DNA from: Mobula hypostoma
Taxonomy: Eukaryota
NCBI RefSeq assembly: GCF_963921235.1
Contig: NC_086097.1
Coordinates: 29,266,001 to 29,330,000, forward strand
Direction: 5' to 3'
Length of the DNA: 64,000 nucleotides
Position numbers and translations under genes: made by a program. Every line of letters starts with the position of its first letter. The stretch's first letter is position 1. Below are positions 1 to 13,559 of this stretch, piece by piece. Below the pieces are notes generated by a model, which worked only from the letters and a program-made list of their open reading frames with translations, was not told where the DNA came from and ran no database searches.

Positions 1-504
1 AAGAGATGTCAAAATATTACAGCAAGTGGTTTAATATTTCAATATTACTGTGCTAGTTATTGTATAACAAAATGTTACAGAGAATTAGTGCATTGATATT
101 ACACTGAAAGATTTAATATATCAATAGTAATTTAATACATGTGCCGTGAGAGATTTGGCATATCGTTACAGTGAGAGATTTAATATGTCAAGTTTACTGT
201 CAGAGGTGAAGTAATCAATGTTGCAATCAGAAATTTACTGCCCTAACATTAGAGTGAGTATTAACACATTAATATTATAGTAGTTTAGTGATTCAATGTT
301 GCAGTAAGAGCTTTAAACTATCAGAATTCTACAGTGAGTGATTTAATATACCAATGTTACAGCATGAGATATTGCATATTAGAACATCACAGTGAGAGAT
401 TTAATATGTCACTATTACAGGTGTGAGGTGTGTTATAATGTTACAGTGAGACATGTGATGTATCAATGCTACAGTGAGAGATTCCTTATATTAAGAAGAA
501 AGAA

Positions 505-822
505 AGATTAGCTTTATTTGTCACACGCACATCGAACATCAAATCATACAGTGAACTGCATCATTTGCGTCAGTGACCAGCAGAGTTGGAGGATGTGCTG
601 GGGGCAGCCCCCAGGTGTGGCCATGATTCTGGCGCCAACATAGCATGCCCACGACTCACTAACCCCTACTTCTTTGGAGTGTGGGAGAAAACGTGAGCAG
701 CCAGAAGAAACCCACATGGTCACGGGGACAACATACAAGCTCCTTGCAGACAGCAGTGGCAATTGAACCCAGATTGCTGATTGCTGGTGCTGTAAACTGT
801 TGCGATAAGCACTACGTTACCG
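505..822 (-). mobile_element. tRNA-derived V-SINE-like element; similar minus-strand copies near 32090-32370, 44270-44470, 46250-46480
   Basis: Minus strand shows a B-box-like GGTTCAATT followed by a V-domain-like GAGCTTGTATGTTGTCCCCGTGACCATGTGGGTTTCTTCTGG...CTCCCACA. Confidence 0.7.
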
Positions 823-1176
823 GGATTACGAATATTAGAATCAAACAGTCAGATAATTTATATATCAAGGGTACAGACAGAGATTTAGTGTATCACAGTA
901 TTGCAGTCAGAGATTTAACTCTTTGATATTACAGTGAGCAATTTAATATATCAATGTTACAACGACATACTTAATGTATCTCCAAAACTCTGAAGTGATT
1001 CTAAGACCTACAGATTCACTGTCAGACTCCTCATAACTCACGCGCTCAGTATTATTTATTTATTTTTTATTTGCGACTTTTGTCTTTGTTGGCATATTGG
1101 TTGTTTGTCAGTCTTTGCTCATGTATGGTTCTTCGTAGAATCTGTTGGATTTCTTTATTTTTCCTGTAAGTTCCTG

Positions 1177-2042
1177 ATATGCTATGTAGGACTAGATGTT
1201 ACTATCCCTTCTTTGTGCTCCTGAGACGTGCTGCCTGGACTCTGTGGGGTGGCCAAGTGAGAGGTGGCATCTCCTGGATTACCAAGAGGGCTCCCTCTTT
1301 CCTCAGTGTTTCGCTGATAGGCCCACGACACCTCCGGAGGGTTCGGCAGTGAATCCTGGCGTCCCGGGCTCACCCCCCAGATGCCTTTCACTCACCTGGG
1401 GGCCCAGATGGAATCCTTTCCCTTCACCCAGAGCCAGTGACTACCCTCTTCAGCAGCTCTGGAGAGGGCTTTGACTGCTTGTTGGTGTGTCTTCCCTCAC
1501 ACTCCCGACTCCCGGAGTAGCCTTGATGTTGATGTGGCTACAAATCCTCTGCGGCCTACTTCGACCGGTCGGACCCTTGCCTTCCAGCCTCATTGTTGCA
1601 CATTGGCTGCAAGCTCAGCTTACCTCAGCTTCTTGCACTCGTAGGCCTCCTCCACTGGGCCTCCTCCACTAGGCCTCCTCCACTGCATCCTCCACTGGGC
1701 CTCCTCCACTGCATCCTCCACTGGGCCTCCTCCACTAGGCCTGCTCCACTGGGCCTCCTCCACTGTCCTCCACTGGGCCTCCTCCACTGGGCATCCTCCA
1801 CTAGGCCTCCTCCACTGGGCCTCCTCCACTAGGCCTCCTCCACTGGGCCTCCTCCACTGGGCCTCCTCCACTACATCCTCCACTGCATCCTCCACTGGAC
1901 CTCCTCCACTAGGCCTCCTCCACTGGGCCTCCTCCACTAGGCCTCCTCCACTAGGCCTCCTCCACTGCATCCTCCACTAGGCCTCCTCCACTGCATCCTC
2001 CACTAGGCCTCCTCCACTGGGCCTCCTCCACCGCATCCTCCA
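1177..2042 (-). mobile_element. 5'-truncated Hero/R2-like (restriction-like endonuclease class) non-LTR retrotransposon remnant
   Basis: Minus frame ending at 1392 reads EEAYECKKLR*AELAANVQQ*GWKARVRPVEVGRRGFVATSTSRLLRESGV*GKTHQQAVKALSRAAEEGSHWLWVKGKDSIWAPR*, which resembles the Hero-clade C-terminus (recalled). ~215-nt 3' UTR. Flanked by a ~61-bp direct repeat (1116-1176 / 2043-2103) inside an older LINE tail. Confidence 0.8.
1645..2042. repeat. Mixed 14-bp (CT[AG]GGCCTCCTCCA) / 12-bp (CTGCATCCTCCA) minisatellite
   Basis: Tandem units read directly. Confidence 0.95.
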
Positions 2043-2324
2043 TGCTTATGTATGGTTCTTCATAGAATCTGTTCTATTTCTTTACTTTTCCTGTAAATAC
2101 CTGCAAGAAAATGAATCTCAAAGTAGTATATGGTGACATATACATACTTTGATAATAAATTTCATTTATTCTTTGAATAAAAATCAAGTCTATTATTACT
2201 GCCAGAAGACGTGAAATTTGTTGTTTTGTGATAGCAAGGTCTCTTGAGGAAATAGAGGAGCTGATTTACTTTCTTGGTTTGACCAGGAGAAATTATTGGT
2301 GATATTTACACCTTGGTGCTTGAT

Positions 2325-3010
2325 ATTTACACACAATATCACAAATGACCTGACTTGGTCCAACCAAGCAGAGTTCACTGCCAAGAAGGCCCACCAGCAC
2401 CTTTACTTCCTGAGAAAACTAAAGAAATTTGGCCTGTCCCCTAAAACCCTCACTAATTTTTATAGATGCACCGTAGAAAGCATTCTTCTAGGGTGCATCA
2501 CAACCTAGTATGGAAGTTGTCCTGTCCAAGACCGGAAGAAGCTGCAGAAGATCCTGAACACAGCCCAGCACATCACACAAACCAATCTTCCGTCCTTGGA
2601 CTCACTTTACACCGCACGCTGTCGGAGCAGTGCTGCCAGGATAATCAAGGACACGACCCACCCAGCCAACACACTTTTCGTCCCTCTTCCCTCCGGGAGA
2701 AGGCTCAGGAGCTTGAAGACTCTTACGGCCAGATTTGGGAACAGCTTTCTTTCCAACTGTGATAAGGCTGCTGAATGGATCCTGACCAGGATCTGGGCCG
2801 TACCCACCAAATATCCGGACCTGCCTCTCGGTTTTTTTGCACTACCTTACTTTCCCTTTTCTATTTTCTATTTATGAATTATAAGTTAAATTTTTAATAT
2901 TTACTATCGATTTGTAATCCAGGGAGCGCGAAGCGCAGAATCAAATATCGTTGTGATGTTTGTATGCTCTAGTATCAATAGTTTGGCGACAATAAAGTAT
3001 AAAGTAAAGT
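2325..3010 (+). mobile_element. Rex1/Babar LINE 3' fragment
   Basis: KKAHQHLYFLRKLKKF...TNFYRCTVESIL...IIKDTTHPA...LPSGRR typical of the Rex1 RT C-terminus; AATAAAGT-type tail; closely similar 3' end at 24197-24523. Confidence 0.85.
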
Positions 3011-4427
3011 AACAGGTTCTTGCAGTGCTAATCCATCTACATTCCAGGGGTGTGTAGTCCAACCCACTTCCTGAAGTCAATGACCTGTTTTGCTGCCACT
3101 GAAAGAAAGGTTCTTGTCTTGACCTCAACAGCTAGACTGTCTATCTCCTTCCTGTATTTCAGCTCATCAATTTTTGATGACTGGCCCACCACTGTGGTGT
3201 GCCCTGCAAACTTCTAAATAGAGTTAGAGTTGAATCACGGGTGTGAGGAATGAGGAATAGAGCAGGGGCTGAGGACACGCTCTTGTGGGACACCAGTTCT
3301 GAACATCATCATTGAAGACATGTTGCTGCCTATCCTTACTGACGGCAAGTCTATTGCTCAAGAAGTTGCAGAGGGAGGCGCTGAGTCTAGGAGTTTGGAG
3401 ATGACAGTGGGAGGTGTAATATATAAATATTATGTGAAGAGTTTGATATATTTATGTTATTGTGAGACTTTTGGAATATTGGAAAGTTACAGCGAGAAAT
3501 TTCAAAAATTAGTCTTACAATGGGAGATTTAATATGTCAATAATATGATGAAAGATTTAAATTTCATTGTTACACTGAGAGATTAGATTATGAGGACACT
3601 CAGTCCTCGCTTATTGTCATTTAGAAATGCATGTATTAAAAAATGATACAATGTTCCTCCAGTATGATATCACAGAAACACAAGACAGACCAAGACTAAA
3701 ACTGACAAAGACCACGTAATTATAACACATAGTTACAACAGTGCAAAGCAATACCGTGATTTGATACGAGCAGACCATGGGCACGGTAAAAAAAATCTCA
3801 AAGTCCCGATAGCCCCAACATCTCATGCAGACAGTTGAAGGGAGAAACTCTCCCTGCCATGAACCTCCAGCACCGCAAACTTGCCGATGCAGCACCCTGG
3901 AAGCACCTGACCACAGCTGACTCTCAGTCCGTCATTACCATAACATTACTGAAATATTTTTCATATATTAATGTTACAGTGAGAGACTCAGTATATCGAG
4001 GATCACTTTATTCACCATATTAGGAATTTACATAATTAGGAATTTGCTGTGGTGTGCGGGCACAACATGCAACAAAAACAACTTTCAACACTTATAAAGA
4101 ATAAAGAAGTGTATAAGAATAAAGTTAGAGGTTAAAGTTTAGACATGGAATAAAAATGTGCACAAACATCAGCATATATTAACAATGTAGACAGCATTAT
4201 AAAGAAGTGTTTTAAAGTGTTTAGAGTGCAGTAAAGTGACAGGGGTAATAGTAAGGAGGGAGGGGTGAGAGGGGGCTAACTAGAATGGTTGATCAAATTA
4301 ACTGCCAGGGGAAGAAACTTCTAAGATGGTGTGCAAGTTTTGTTTTAATAGCCCTACAGCGCTTACAGAAGGGAATTTCTGGAAAAGACAGTTTGCAGGT
4401 AGGGTAGTGTCCGAATGCAGTATCAGG

Positions 4428-4428
<1 letters not shown>

Positions 4429-4485
<57 letters not shown>
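4429..4485. repeat. Compound (TG)n(AG)n microsatellite
   Basis: Direct reading. Confidence 0.95.
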
Positions 4486-5051
4486 AATTTTAAATATCAC
4501 TGTTATGTAGTGAGAGATTTAATATATTGGAATCTGACAGTAACAGATGTAATACGTTAATATAACAATGAGGGATTTTGCATATATACTGTGAGTTTTA
4601 ATATATTGGAATACAGTGCTGAGAGATTTAACATAGCAGAGTGTTACAGCGAGAGATTTAATATACTGGAATGTTACTGTGAACGAATGAGTACTGTATG
4701 TCCATGTAATGGTGAGAGATTTAATGTATCAGTGTGTTGTGGTGAGAGATGTGGTACTTCAGAATGTTCAGGCAGAGATTTAATACATAAATATTACAGC
4801 GGGAGATTTAATTTCTCAGTGTTACTGTGAGAGATCTAATAGATCAGAGTACTACATAAAAGGATTAACATGTTACAATGAGAGTTCTGGTGTTACAATG
4901 TTACAATATGCCGATATCACAGTGAAAGGTTTAATATTGCCATATCCTTTTTTATTGATTTTTATATTCAGAATGTTATAGTGAGAGATTTGACATATCG
5001 GAATCGTTTACTGGATCAACGCTATTATTAATGCTACAGTCACACTTCTAA

Positions 5052-5317
5052 TCGAACATCACCATGGACAGTCCCAAGCCCGGCTGCAAAAGGAGCAGGT
5101 TGGGATGGGGGTAGCAGTCCCATCCTGTAAAAAGCACTGCTTCAGAAACACCAACAGAATCCCCAAAGACCTCATGCTCGGGAGAGGAAGGATCTTCATC
5201 TGGAAGACAGAAGATGGGCCTCATCTAGGGACAGCTTGAAAGACTGGCCCAGGGCAAAGGAGTGTGGAGAGCTGCTGTTGGTGGCCCATGCCCCAGGAGG
5301 GCTTAACTAACTAACTA
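5052..5317 (+). mobile_element. Short non-autonomous RTE-derived element (5'UTR-like piece fused to ORF C-terminus)
   Basis: Encodes KMGLI*GQLERLAQGKGVWRAAVGGPCPRRA* (RTE-like C-terminus); (TAAC)n tail; 12-bp TSD TCACAC[T/A]TCTAA at 5040-5051 / 5318-5329. Confidence 0.75.
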
Positions 5318-6684
5318 TCACACATCTAACTTAGTATCAGTATCACAGTGGGAGAGCTATTGTATCAGTATTATACAATCAATGGAAATGTAATAGTGTG
5401 GAAAGGAGTATGTTAGAATGCTACTGAGAAATATATCAGGATATTTCAATGAGAAATTTGTTTTATCAGTGTTATAGGGTGTTGGTGTATCAATTTAACA
5501 GTCAGAGATTTATTATTTCAAAATCAAAGTCAAATTTATTATTACACGCAGACTGGCCAAATCAAACGTGATGACTAAAGAGCATGTAGGAGGGAGATTG
5601 AAAATCTGATTGTATGGTACCACAACAACAGTGTCTAACTCAACATCAGCAAAACAAAGAGTTGCTCATCGACCACAGGAGGAAGCTGGGTTTCATAAAG
5701 CTAGTCTTCATCAGGGGATCAGAGATGGAGAGGGTGAGTAGCTTTAAATTCCTTGAAGTTAAATCAGTGAGCCTCTCTTCTTTTGCATGTTGGTTGTTTG
5801 TTAATATCTGTATATGTATAATATTTTTAAATAAGTTCTATTATGTTTCTTTATTTTCTTCTAAATGCCTGCAAGAAAATAAATCTTAAGGTAGTATCTG
5901 GGAACATACATATTGTGATAATAAATTTTACTTCAAAGTTTGAGGTATGCACAGGTGCAACGAAAGACATACTTACTGCAGCATCACAGGCACATAGCAT
6001 CAATGTTACAAGGAGAGATTTCATCTATCAGTGTTACAGTGAGAGATTTAATACGTCAGAATGTTACAGTGAGACATTTAATAGAATATAATACAGTGAG
6101 TGATTTTTGAATAAATCAGTATGTTACAGTGAGAGATTTAGTGTAGGGAAATGTTGCAGTGAGAAAGGTGATATATTGATATTATGATGACAGATTGAAT
6201 ATGTCAATGCCACTGTAGCAGATTTAATATATCAATTTTGCAGTGAGACTTTAATACGTCAATGCTACACTGAGTGATTTAGCAATGGAGCAGTGACAGA
6301 GATTTTGCATGTCAGAATATTACAGTGGGAGATTTAATGTATCAGAATTTTAGAGTTAATATATTACAGTGTTACAGGGATAGATTTTGGATAGCAATGT
6401 TACAGTGATATTTGAACATTACAGTGGGAGATTTAGTGCATGTGAGAGTTTCAGTCTATCTGAGAATGTTACAACAAAGATTTAGTATATCTGTTTTGCA
6501 GTGAGAATTTAATGTTTCAACGTGACAGTGAGGGAGTGAATCTATCCACGTTATGGTGAGAAATTCTGTAGATCATACTGTCACAGTGAGAGGTTTAACA
6601 TAGCTGTGCTACAGTGTGAGATATTGTATATGAGGATGTAGCAGTGTGAGATTTTTGTGCATTAGAATGTTGCAATGACCAATT

Positions 6685-7690
6685 TGACATCGTCAATGAC
6701 AGACCTCAATCAGTAATCTCTCTGGTCAGCAATACAGTTGAACATCAAGGCTGTGTGCTTAGTCCCCTGCATTAATCTCTTTATACCCACAAATTTATGG
6801 TTAACGTTCCAATTTCATCTACAAATTCACTGTTGTTGGTCGGATCACAGATGGTGGGCAGTCTGCATACAGGAGCAAGACAGAATCTCCAGCTGAGTGA
6901 TGCCACAAAAACAGCCTCTCACTCAATATCACCTGAGGAGCTAGTTGTTGACTTCCGTAAGGGGGAGTTGGGAGACCACGTGCCAGTTCTCACTGGTGGG
7001 TTAGAGGTGGAGAGGGTCGGAAGGTGACCTGACCTGGACCAGCACGGTGATGCAATCCCAAAGAAGGAACACCAGACCCTCGTTCTTAGAAGATTAAGGA
7101 GATTTGGCTAACAAACCCCCATAGATGCACACTGGAAGTATCCTTACTGGTTGCATCACAGCCTGATATGGCAATCCCAATGCAGAGGAACACAAGAGTC
7201 TGTTGAGAATAGTGGACACTGTCCAATCCATCCCAGAGACGGTGCTTCCCACCGTTGACACCATCTACAGGACATGCTGTCTCAAGAGGTCAACGTCCAT
7301 CATCAAAGATCCCCCACCCCCGCCCCCAATCTGGGCCAAGCCATCTTCTCACAACTACTACTGGGCAGGAGGTACAAAAGCCTGAAGACCCACACCACCA
7401 GATTCAAGAACAGCTACTTTCCTACAACCATAAGGGTTCTTGAACCAACCTTCACAATTCCAACCTTAACTCAGCAATGGCACTCTACAGACTACCGGTT
7501 GTTCTACCACAGACATCTCTGATAACTTTCTGTTTGCACCAAGATGCACTAACTGCAGTCTTTTATTCTTCAATGTCTTGTATAATTATAACTTCTGTTC
7601 TGTGTGCTGTCTGAATCTACTTTGCCTGTGATGGTGCTGTGAGCCATTTTTTCATTGTACTTGTTCACAGGAGAATGAACTTGATTTGAC
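6685..7690 (+). mobile_element. Degenerate Rex1/Babar LINE fragment
   Basis: Remnant QGCVLSPL, ELVVDFRK and GRRYKSLKTHTTRFKNSYFP motifs in broken frames. Confidence 0.75.
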
Positions 7691-10600
7691 CTGAGACACT
7701 GTATCAGTGGTACGTTGAGAGATTGACTATATCAGAATATTGCAGGGAGATATTTAATATAACAATGATACAGTGAGTGATTTAATATTTCAGAATATTA
7801 CAGTGATGAGTTTGTATATCAGCATTGCAATGAGAAGTTCGTGTGTCAATGTTATAGTGAAAGATTTAATATTACAGTGAGACATTGAGTACATTTGAAT
7901 ATCACAGTGAAAGTTTTAATATGTTATTGTTGCTGTGATACTTTTAATATATCAATTCTACAAAAAGAGATTTTGTATTTCAGAATGCTAGTGAGAGATT
8001 TAATAATGTTTTACTGGGAGTTACTACTTCAGAGTTACAGTGAGAGATTTATAGTATTAGAAGTGGGATGTTTCATGTATCAGACACTTTACAGATTGAG
8101 ATTTTTTTTATCATATTCAGACAGTGAGATCTTTAGTGATTTGAAATATCCCAGAGTTACAGTGAGCATTAAATATTTAACAGCATGTTGAACAAGTGAA
8201 TTTAATAATTCAAAATTTAGTATGTCAGATCATCAGAATGTCATTTTTAATATTGCTTTAACATAGTGGTGTTATAGTAAGCAAATTGGTGGACTAGAGG
8301 TAATTGGTTTATCATTGTCATACATATTGAGATACAGTGAAAAGCGTTGCTTTGCACCCCATGCATGCAGATCATTTCATCACATTCGTGCATTGAGGTG
8401 GTGCTGTACAAGGGGAGGTGATAACAGAGTACAGAATGAGGCATCACAATCACAGAGAAAGTACAGTGCTGCAAACAATGAGCTGCCGGGCCATGGGTGA
8501 TAGACCAGGAAGTTAATCTTATAACAGCAGGATAGAAGTTGTCTGGGGTAGGAGTGGTCTTTGATTACGTTAGCTGCTTTATCGAAGTAGCAAGAACTGT
8601 AGAAACACGAGATTCTGCAGATGCTGTCAATCCAGAGGAACACTTACAAAATCCTGGAAGAACTCAGTAGGTCAGGCAGCATCTATGGAAAGGAATAAAT
8701 TATCAATGTTTTGGGCCAAGACCTCTCATCAGGACTCTTCATCTGGAGAAGCGTATCAATAGTGTTACTTAGCAGATATTGTTGCATATAGAAACGTATC
8801 AATCTTTTACAGGACAAATGTTTATTGCAATGACTTTTCAAACATTTACCATGAAATTCAATACATCAATGGATTACAATGATCTTAATTGTGTCAGCAA
8901 TTGTACTGGAGTGTTACAGGGAAAAGTTTAACATATCAGAAAATGGAGAGATTTTGTTACAATTTGCAATCCATCAAAGTGACAGCAAGAGATTTATACA
9001 GAGAACTCTCTTGCATTGGTTATGAGAGTTTAATCAGATGAAAGAAGGCTACAATAGAATTCAACAAAGTTAGAGTTTTGATAGATCAGATTATCACGGA
9101 GGATGAGAGGTGACTTGATTGCGACACAGATAGAGTGGGCAGCTGGAGACTTTTCCCAGGGCGGAGACGGCTAATACCAGGGGGCGTAATTTTCAGGTGA
9201 TTGGAGGAAAATATAAATGGGATGTCAGAGGTAAGCTCTTTACACGGAGAGTGGTGGGTGTATGGAACACCCCGCCAGGGGTCTTGGTAGAGTCGTATAC
9301 TTTAGCGGCATTTAAGAAACTCTCGGATTAGCACATGGATGATAGAAAAATGGAGGGCCACGTAGGAGGGAAGGATTAGAGTAGTGTTCTAGGCTCTATT
9401 TTCTATAATAATGGGGAACGTTATTTGTCAGGGATTGTTAGAGATTGAATTAGTACATCAGAAAGTGTTACACTGGCCAATTATCAAGTGTTCTGCAGTA
9501 AGATTATATACTTACAGTGTTACAGTGAGAAATGTTACCTGTATATATAAGGATTGGAGAGCTGAGATATCAAAGATTTCTACCGTAACTGGGGTGAATT
9601 AGACAAGCTGATTAAAGTCAGTTTTATATATCAGAGAGCACATCAATGAGAGATTCAGTCTGCTGAAGTGTTACTCTGGAGTATTGTATACATCAGTATT
9701 TATTGCAATGAAAAATAATCTGTCAACTTGTGTTACAGTGAGATGATAATTAGGCAGGGTTAGAATCAGAATCGGGTTTATTATCACTGACATATATTGC
9801 AAAATTTGTTGTTTTGTGGCAGCAGTACAGCACAATACATAAAATATACTATAAGTTCCAAAAAGAAAGTGCTATAAATATTTTAAAAATTAAGTAAGTT
9901 GTGCAAAAAGAGAGCAAAAATAGTGAGATAGTGTCCATGAGTTCATGGACCTTTCAGAAATTTGATGACAGAGGGGAAGAAGCTGTTCCTGAAGTCTTTA
10001 GGCTCCTGTATCTTCTCCTTGATGGTAACAATGAGAAGGGAGCATTTCCTGGATGGTGAGGTTCCTTAGTGATGGATGCTGCCTTTTCAAGGCATCACCT
10101 CTTAACTAGTTAACTGGAATTACTTAATGCAGAACAAGTCATGGCTGGGTTAGTAAATCTGTTAAGGGTCTGTGAAGCAACTGTACATTTCACTGGGGGC
10201 AGAGTCTGTGGAGTCCAGACTTTGATGAATAAGGCGAGGTTCTTTTAAAATAATGACATATTTAGCTGATTTCAGTTTTACAAATCCGAGAGCGTTTCAA
10301 TGTGATTTTCTGATTACTGAGATTTTGATCCCTAGTGAAAGCAAATAGTAAAAAGTGGTTTACCTGCCAGTGTCCAATTGAACGATTCAGATTTATTTAT
10401 CATATCTACTGTACACTGAAATGTACACAGTGAAATGTCTTGTTTGCCTTAACTAAGGGTGTGCTGGAGGCAGCCTGTAAGTGTTGCCACATATTCCGGC
10501 CTCAACATAGCACGTCTACACATTCAGCAAAGTAACATGAGGAGCAGCAACAATAAAAACAACAACAGCAACAACATTTAAAAACAACAGCTGCAACAAT

Positions 10601-11837
10601 ACCAGCAATAACAACAGCAACAGTAAAAACAATAACAACAACAGCAGCAGCAGCAAAGCAAGCCTTCAAGCCTTGATTCTGCATCCCACCCACTCACACA
10701 CACACAGTCCTCTATCCCCAGGATAAGCCTTTTCCAGCCTTCGACTTCCCAGCGGACTCGCAGGCCGGGGCTCCTACAGCCACTGGGCTTTGACTTCTGT
10801 ACTTTCAATTGACCTCTAGGCTTCAATCTTCAGTATTGACCCCAGGAATCATTGGTGTCAATGAATGAGGCTCCACAGCTAGTTGGTCATGGCTGAGTGA
10901 GGTTGCTGTAAGTTTTCTCAGAGCTGGGGGTGAGGAGTTCATGAGCTCTGCTGAGGTACAGTGTGCAGTGAACAACACACACAAAATGCTGGAGGAACTC
11001 AGCAGGCCAGGCAGCGTCTATGGAGAGGTATAAACAGTTGATGTTTTCGGCCAAGACTCTTCTGCAGGATTGAAAAAAGAAGGGAAGGAAACAAGAATAA
11101 GAAGGTGGGGTACAAATTAGAAGTGATAGGTGAAGCCAGCCGGGAGACGATAGGTGAAAGAGGTAAAAGGCTATAGAAAAATGACTTTGACAGGAGAGGA
11201 CAGTAGACCTCAAGATTTCCAGTGCTCTTGTGTTTACTGTGTGCATTGTAACTTTTTCACATTGGTATGAACTTCGGTGAATAAGGGTCTCCAGTAATGT
11301 AAGAGTACAAGATTATTGGTTTGTTACTCTCTCATGTACCAAGCTATAGTGAAATTCTCTTCTTTTTTGATTATCATCCAGACAGATCATGCCATACATA
11401 ATTACATTGAGATGGTAAAACTGAAACAAAATGTTTCCAGTCCTGCTGAAGGATCTTGGACTGAATCGTTGACTGTTTACTCTTTTCCATAGGTGCTGCC
11501 TGGCCTGCTGAGCTCCCTCAGCATTTTGTGTGTTGCAGAATATAGTGTAGCGTTAGTTACAGAGAAAGTGTAGTGCAAGTAAGTGAATAAAGTGCAAGGG
11601 TTACAACGATTCAGAATCAAGTTCATTATCACGGACACGTTGTAAAATTTGCTATTTTGCGGCAGCCGGATATTGCAACACATACAATATTACTATGAGT
11701 TACAATAAAAGATAAACTAAATAAATAGGGCAAAGAAGGAATAACGAGGTAATGTTAATGAGTTCTGAAATCTGATGGCTGAGGGGAAGAAGGTATTCCT
11801 GAATGATTGAGTATGTTTCTTCAGGCTCCTGAACCTT

Positions 11838-12865
11838 CTAGCGTGGATGAAGCAGTGACTGGCCGGCAGGAGGCAAAGAGTCGGAATGAAGGGAGGCTTT
11901 TCTAGTTGGCTGCTGGTGACTAGTGGTGTTCCAGAGGGGTCTGTGTTTGGACAGATCTTTTTTAAGTTATATGTCACTGATTTGAATGATGGAATTGATG
12001 AGTTTGTTTGAAAGTTTTGCAGATGATATGAAGATAGGTGGAGGGGTAGGTAGTTTGAGGAAGTAGATTAGGAGAATGGACAAAGAAATGGCTAATTTAA
12101 TACAGTGTCGGGAAATGTATGATCATGCACTTTGGTAGAAGAAATGAAAGGGTTGACTATTTTCTAAATGGAGAGAAAATACAAAAAACTGAGGTGGAAA
12201 GGGACTGGGGAGTCCTTGTGCAGGATAACCTAAAGGTTCATTTGCAGGTTGAGTCTGTGGTGAGGAAGGCAATTGCAATGTTAGCATTCATTTCAAGGGG
12301 ACTAGAATATAACAGCAAGGATGTAATGTTGAGATCTAATAAAGCACTGGTGAAGCCTCACTTGGAGTATTGTGAGCAGTTTTGGGCCCTTATCTTAGAA
12401 AGGATATGCTGAAACTGGAGAGGGTTCAAAGGAGATTCACAAAAACAGGATTAATTAGCTTGTCATATGAAGAGCGTTTGATGGCTCTGGGCTTGTATTC
12501 ACTAGAATTCAGAAGAATAAGGGATGACCTCATTGAAACCTATCGAATGGTGAAAGGCCTTGATAGAGTGGATGTGGAGAGGATGCTTCCTGTGGTGGGA
12601 GAGCGTAAGACCAGAGGACACAGCCTCAAAATACAGAGTGTCCTTTTAGAACAGAGATGAGGAGGAATTTCCTTAGCCAGAGAGTGGTGAATCTGTGGAA
12701 TTCATTGCCACAGGCAGCTGTAGAGGCCAAGTCGTTATGTATATTTAAGGCAGAGGTTGATAGATTCTTGATTGGTCAGAGCATGAAGGGATATGGGGAG
12801 AAGGCAGGAGATTGGGGCTGAGAGGAAAAATGGATCAGCCATGATGAAATGGTGGAGCAGACTGC
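11838..12865 (+). mobile_element. CR1 LINE 3' fragment (frameshifted RT C-terminus)
   Basis: VTSGVP, MHFGRRN, KALVKPHLEYCEQFW, LERVQRRFTK; homologous to the intact ORF2 at 26529-29528. Confidence 0.85.
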
Positions 12866-12929
12866 GGTTGTGTCTTTTAGTCCTAGGCTCTTCCAGTATT
12901 GGAAACAGCGTCTACACACCCACTCTGTC

Positions 12930-13460
12930 TAAGAGGCTAAAGAATTTCGGGATGTCCCTGTCGACTCTTACCAATCTTTACTGACACATCATAGAAAGCA
13001 TTCTGTCTGGATGCATAATGCATAGGAAACTACAAGAGAGATGTGGACAGCTCAGCACATCCCAGGAACCAGCCTCCCCTCCATGGACCCTGTCTACACT
13101 TCTCACTGCCCCGGGAAAGCAGCCGACAGAATCAAAGACCCCACCCACCCCAGACATTCTCTCTTCTCCCGTCTCCCATCGGGAAGAGGATACAAAGATT
13201 TGGAAGCACGTGCCACCAGTCTCCAGGACAGCTTATATCGCACTGCTAACACACTCGTGAACAGGTGATAAGGTGAACTCTTGGCCTCACAATCTACCTC
13301 GTTATGACCTTGCATTTTATCAGTCATGTGCACTACACTTTTACACTTAATTCTGCATTGTTATTGTTTTACCTTATTCTAGCTCAAAGGACTATCTAAT
13401 GATTTGATCTGTCTGAGCAATATGCAAGACAAACTTGTCATTGTACCTGTGACTGGTACC
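12930..13460 (+). mobile_element. Rex1/Babar LINE 3' fragment
   Basis: IKDPTHPRHSLFSRLPSGRGY motif plus the family's AT-rich tail. Confidence 0.75.
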
Positions 13461-13559
13461 TATACCAACACTAATCCTCCAGCCTGGTGCAATGTTGGTG
13501 GGTTTCGTGTCCACGAGGTTACAGATGGGGTTAATTACTGACAGGGACTGTGATGGAAT

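Larger units (their letters stand above)
10..9750 (+). repeat. Old, degenerate AT-rich ~28-30 bp satellite field (consensus approx. TGTTACAGTGAGAGATTTAATATATCAA) fragmented by TE insertions; a further block at ~14200-14640
   Basis: Recurrent GTTACAGTGAGAGATTTAATAT variants at ~28-30 nt spacing in blocks ~10-490, 830-980, 3400-3590, 4490-5000, 5340-5520, 6000-6680, 7690-8240, 8760-9100 and 9420-9750. Confidence 0.85.

Noticed and set aside
10502..10826. Poly-Cys/Ala/Val ORFs
   Set aside because: Derived from a (CAA/CAG)n simple repeat.
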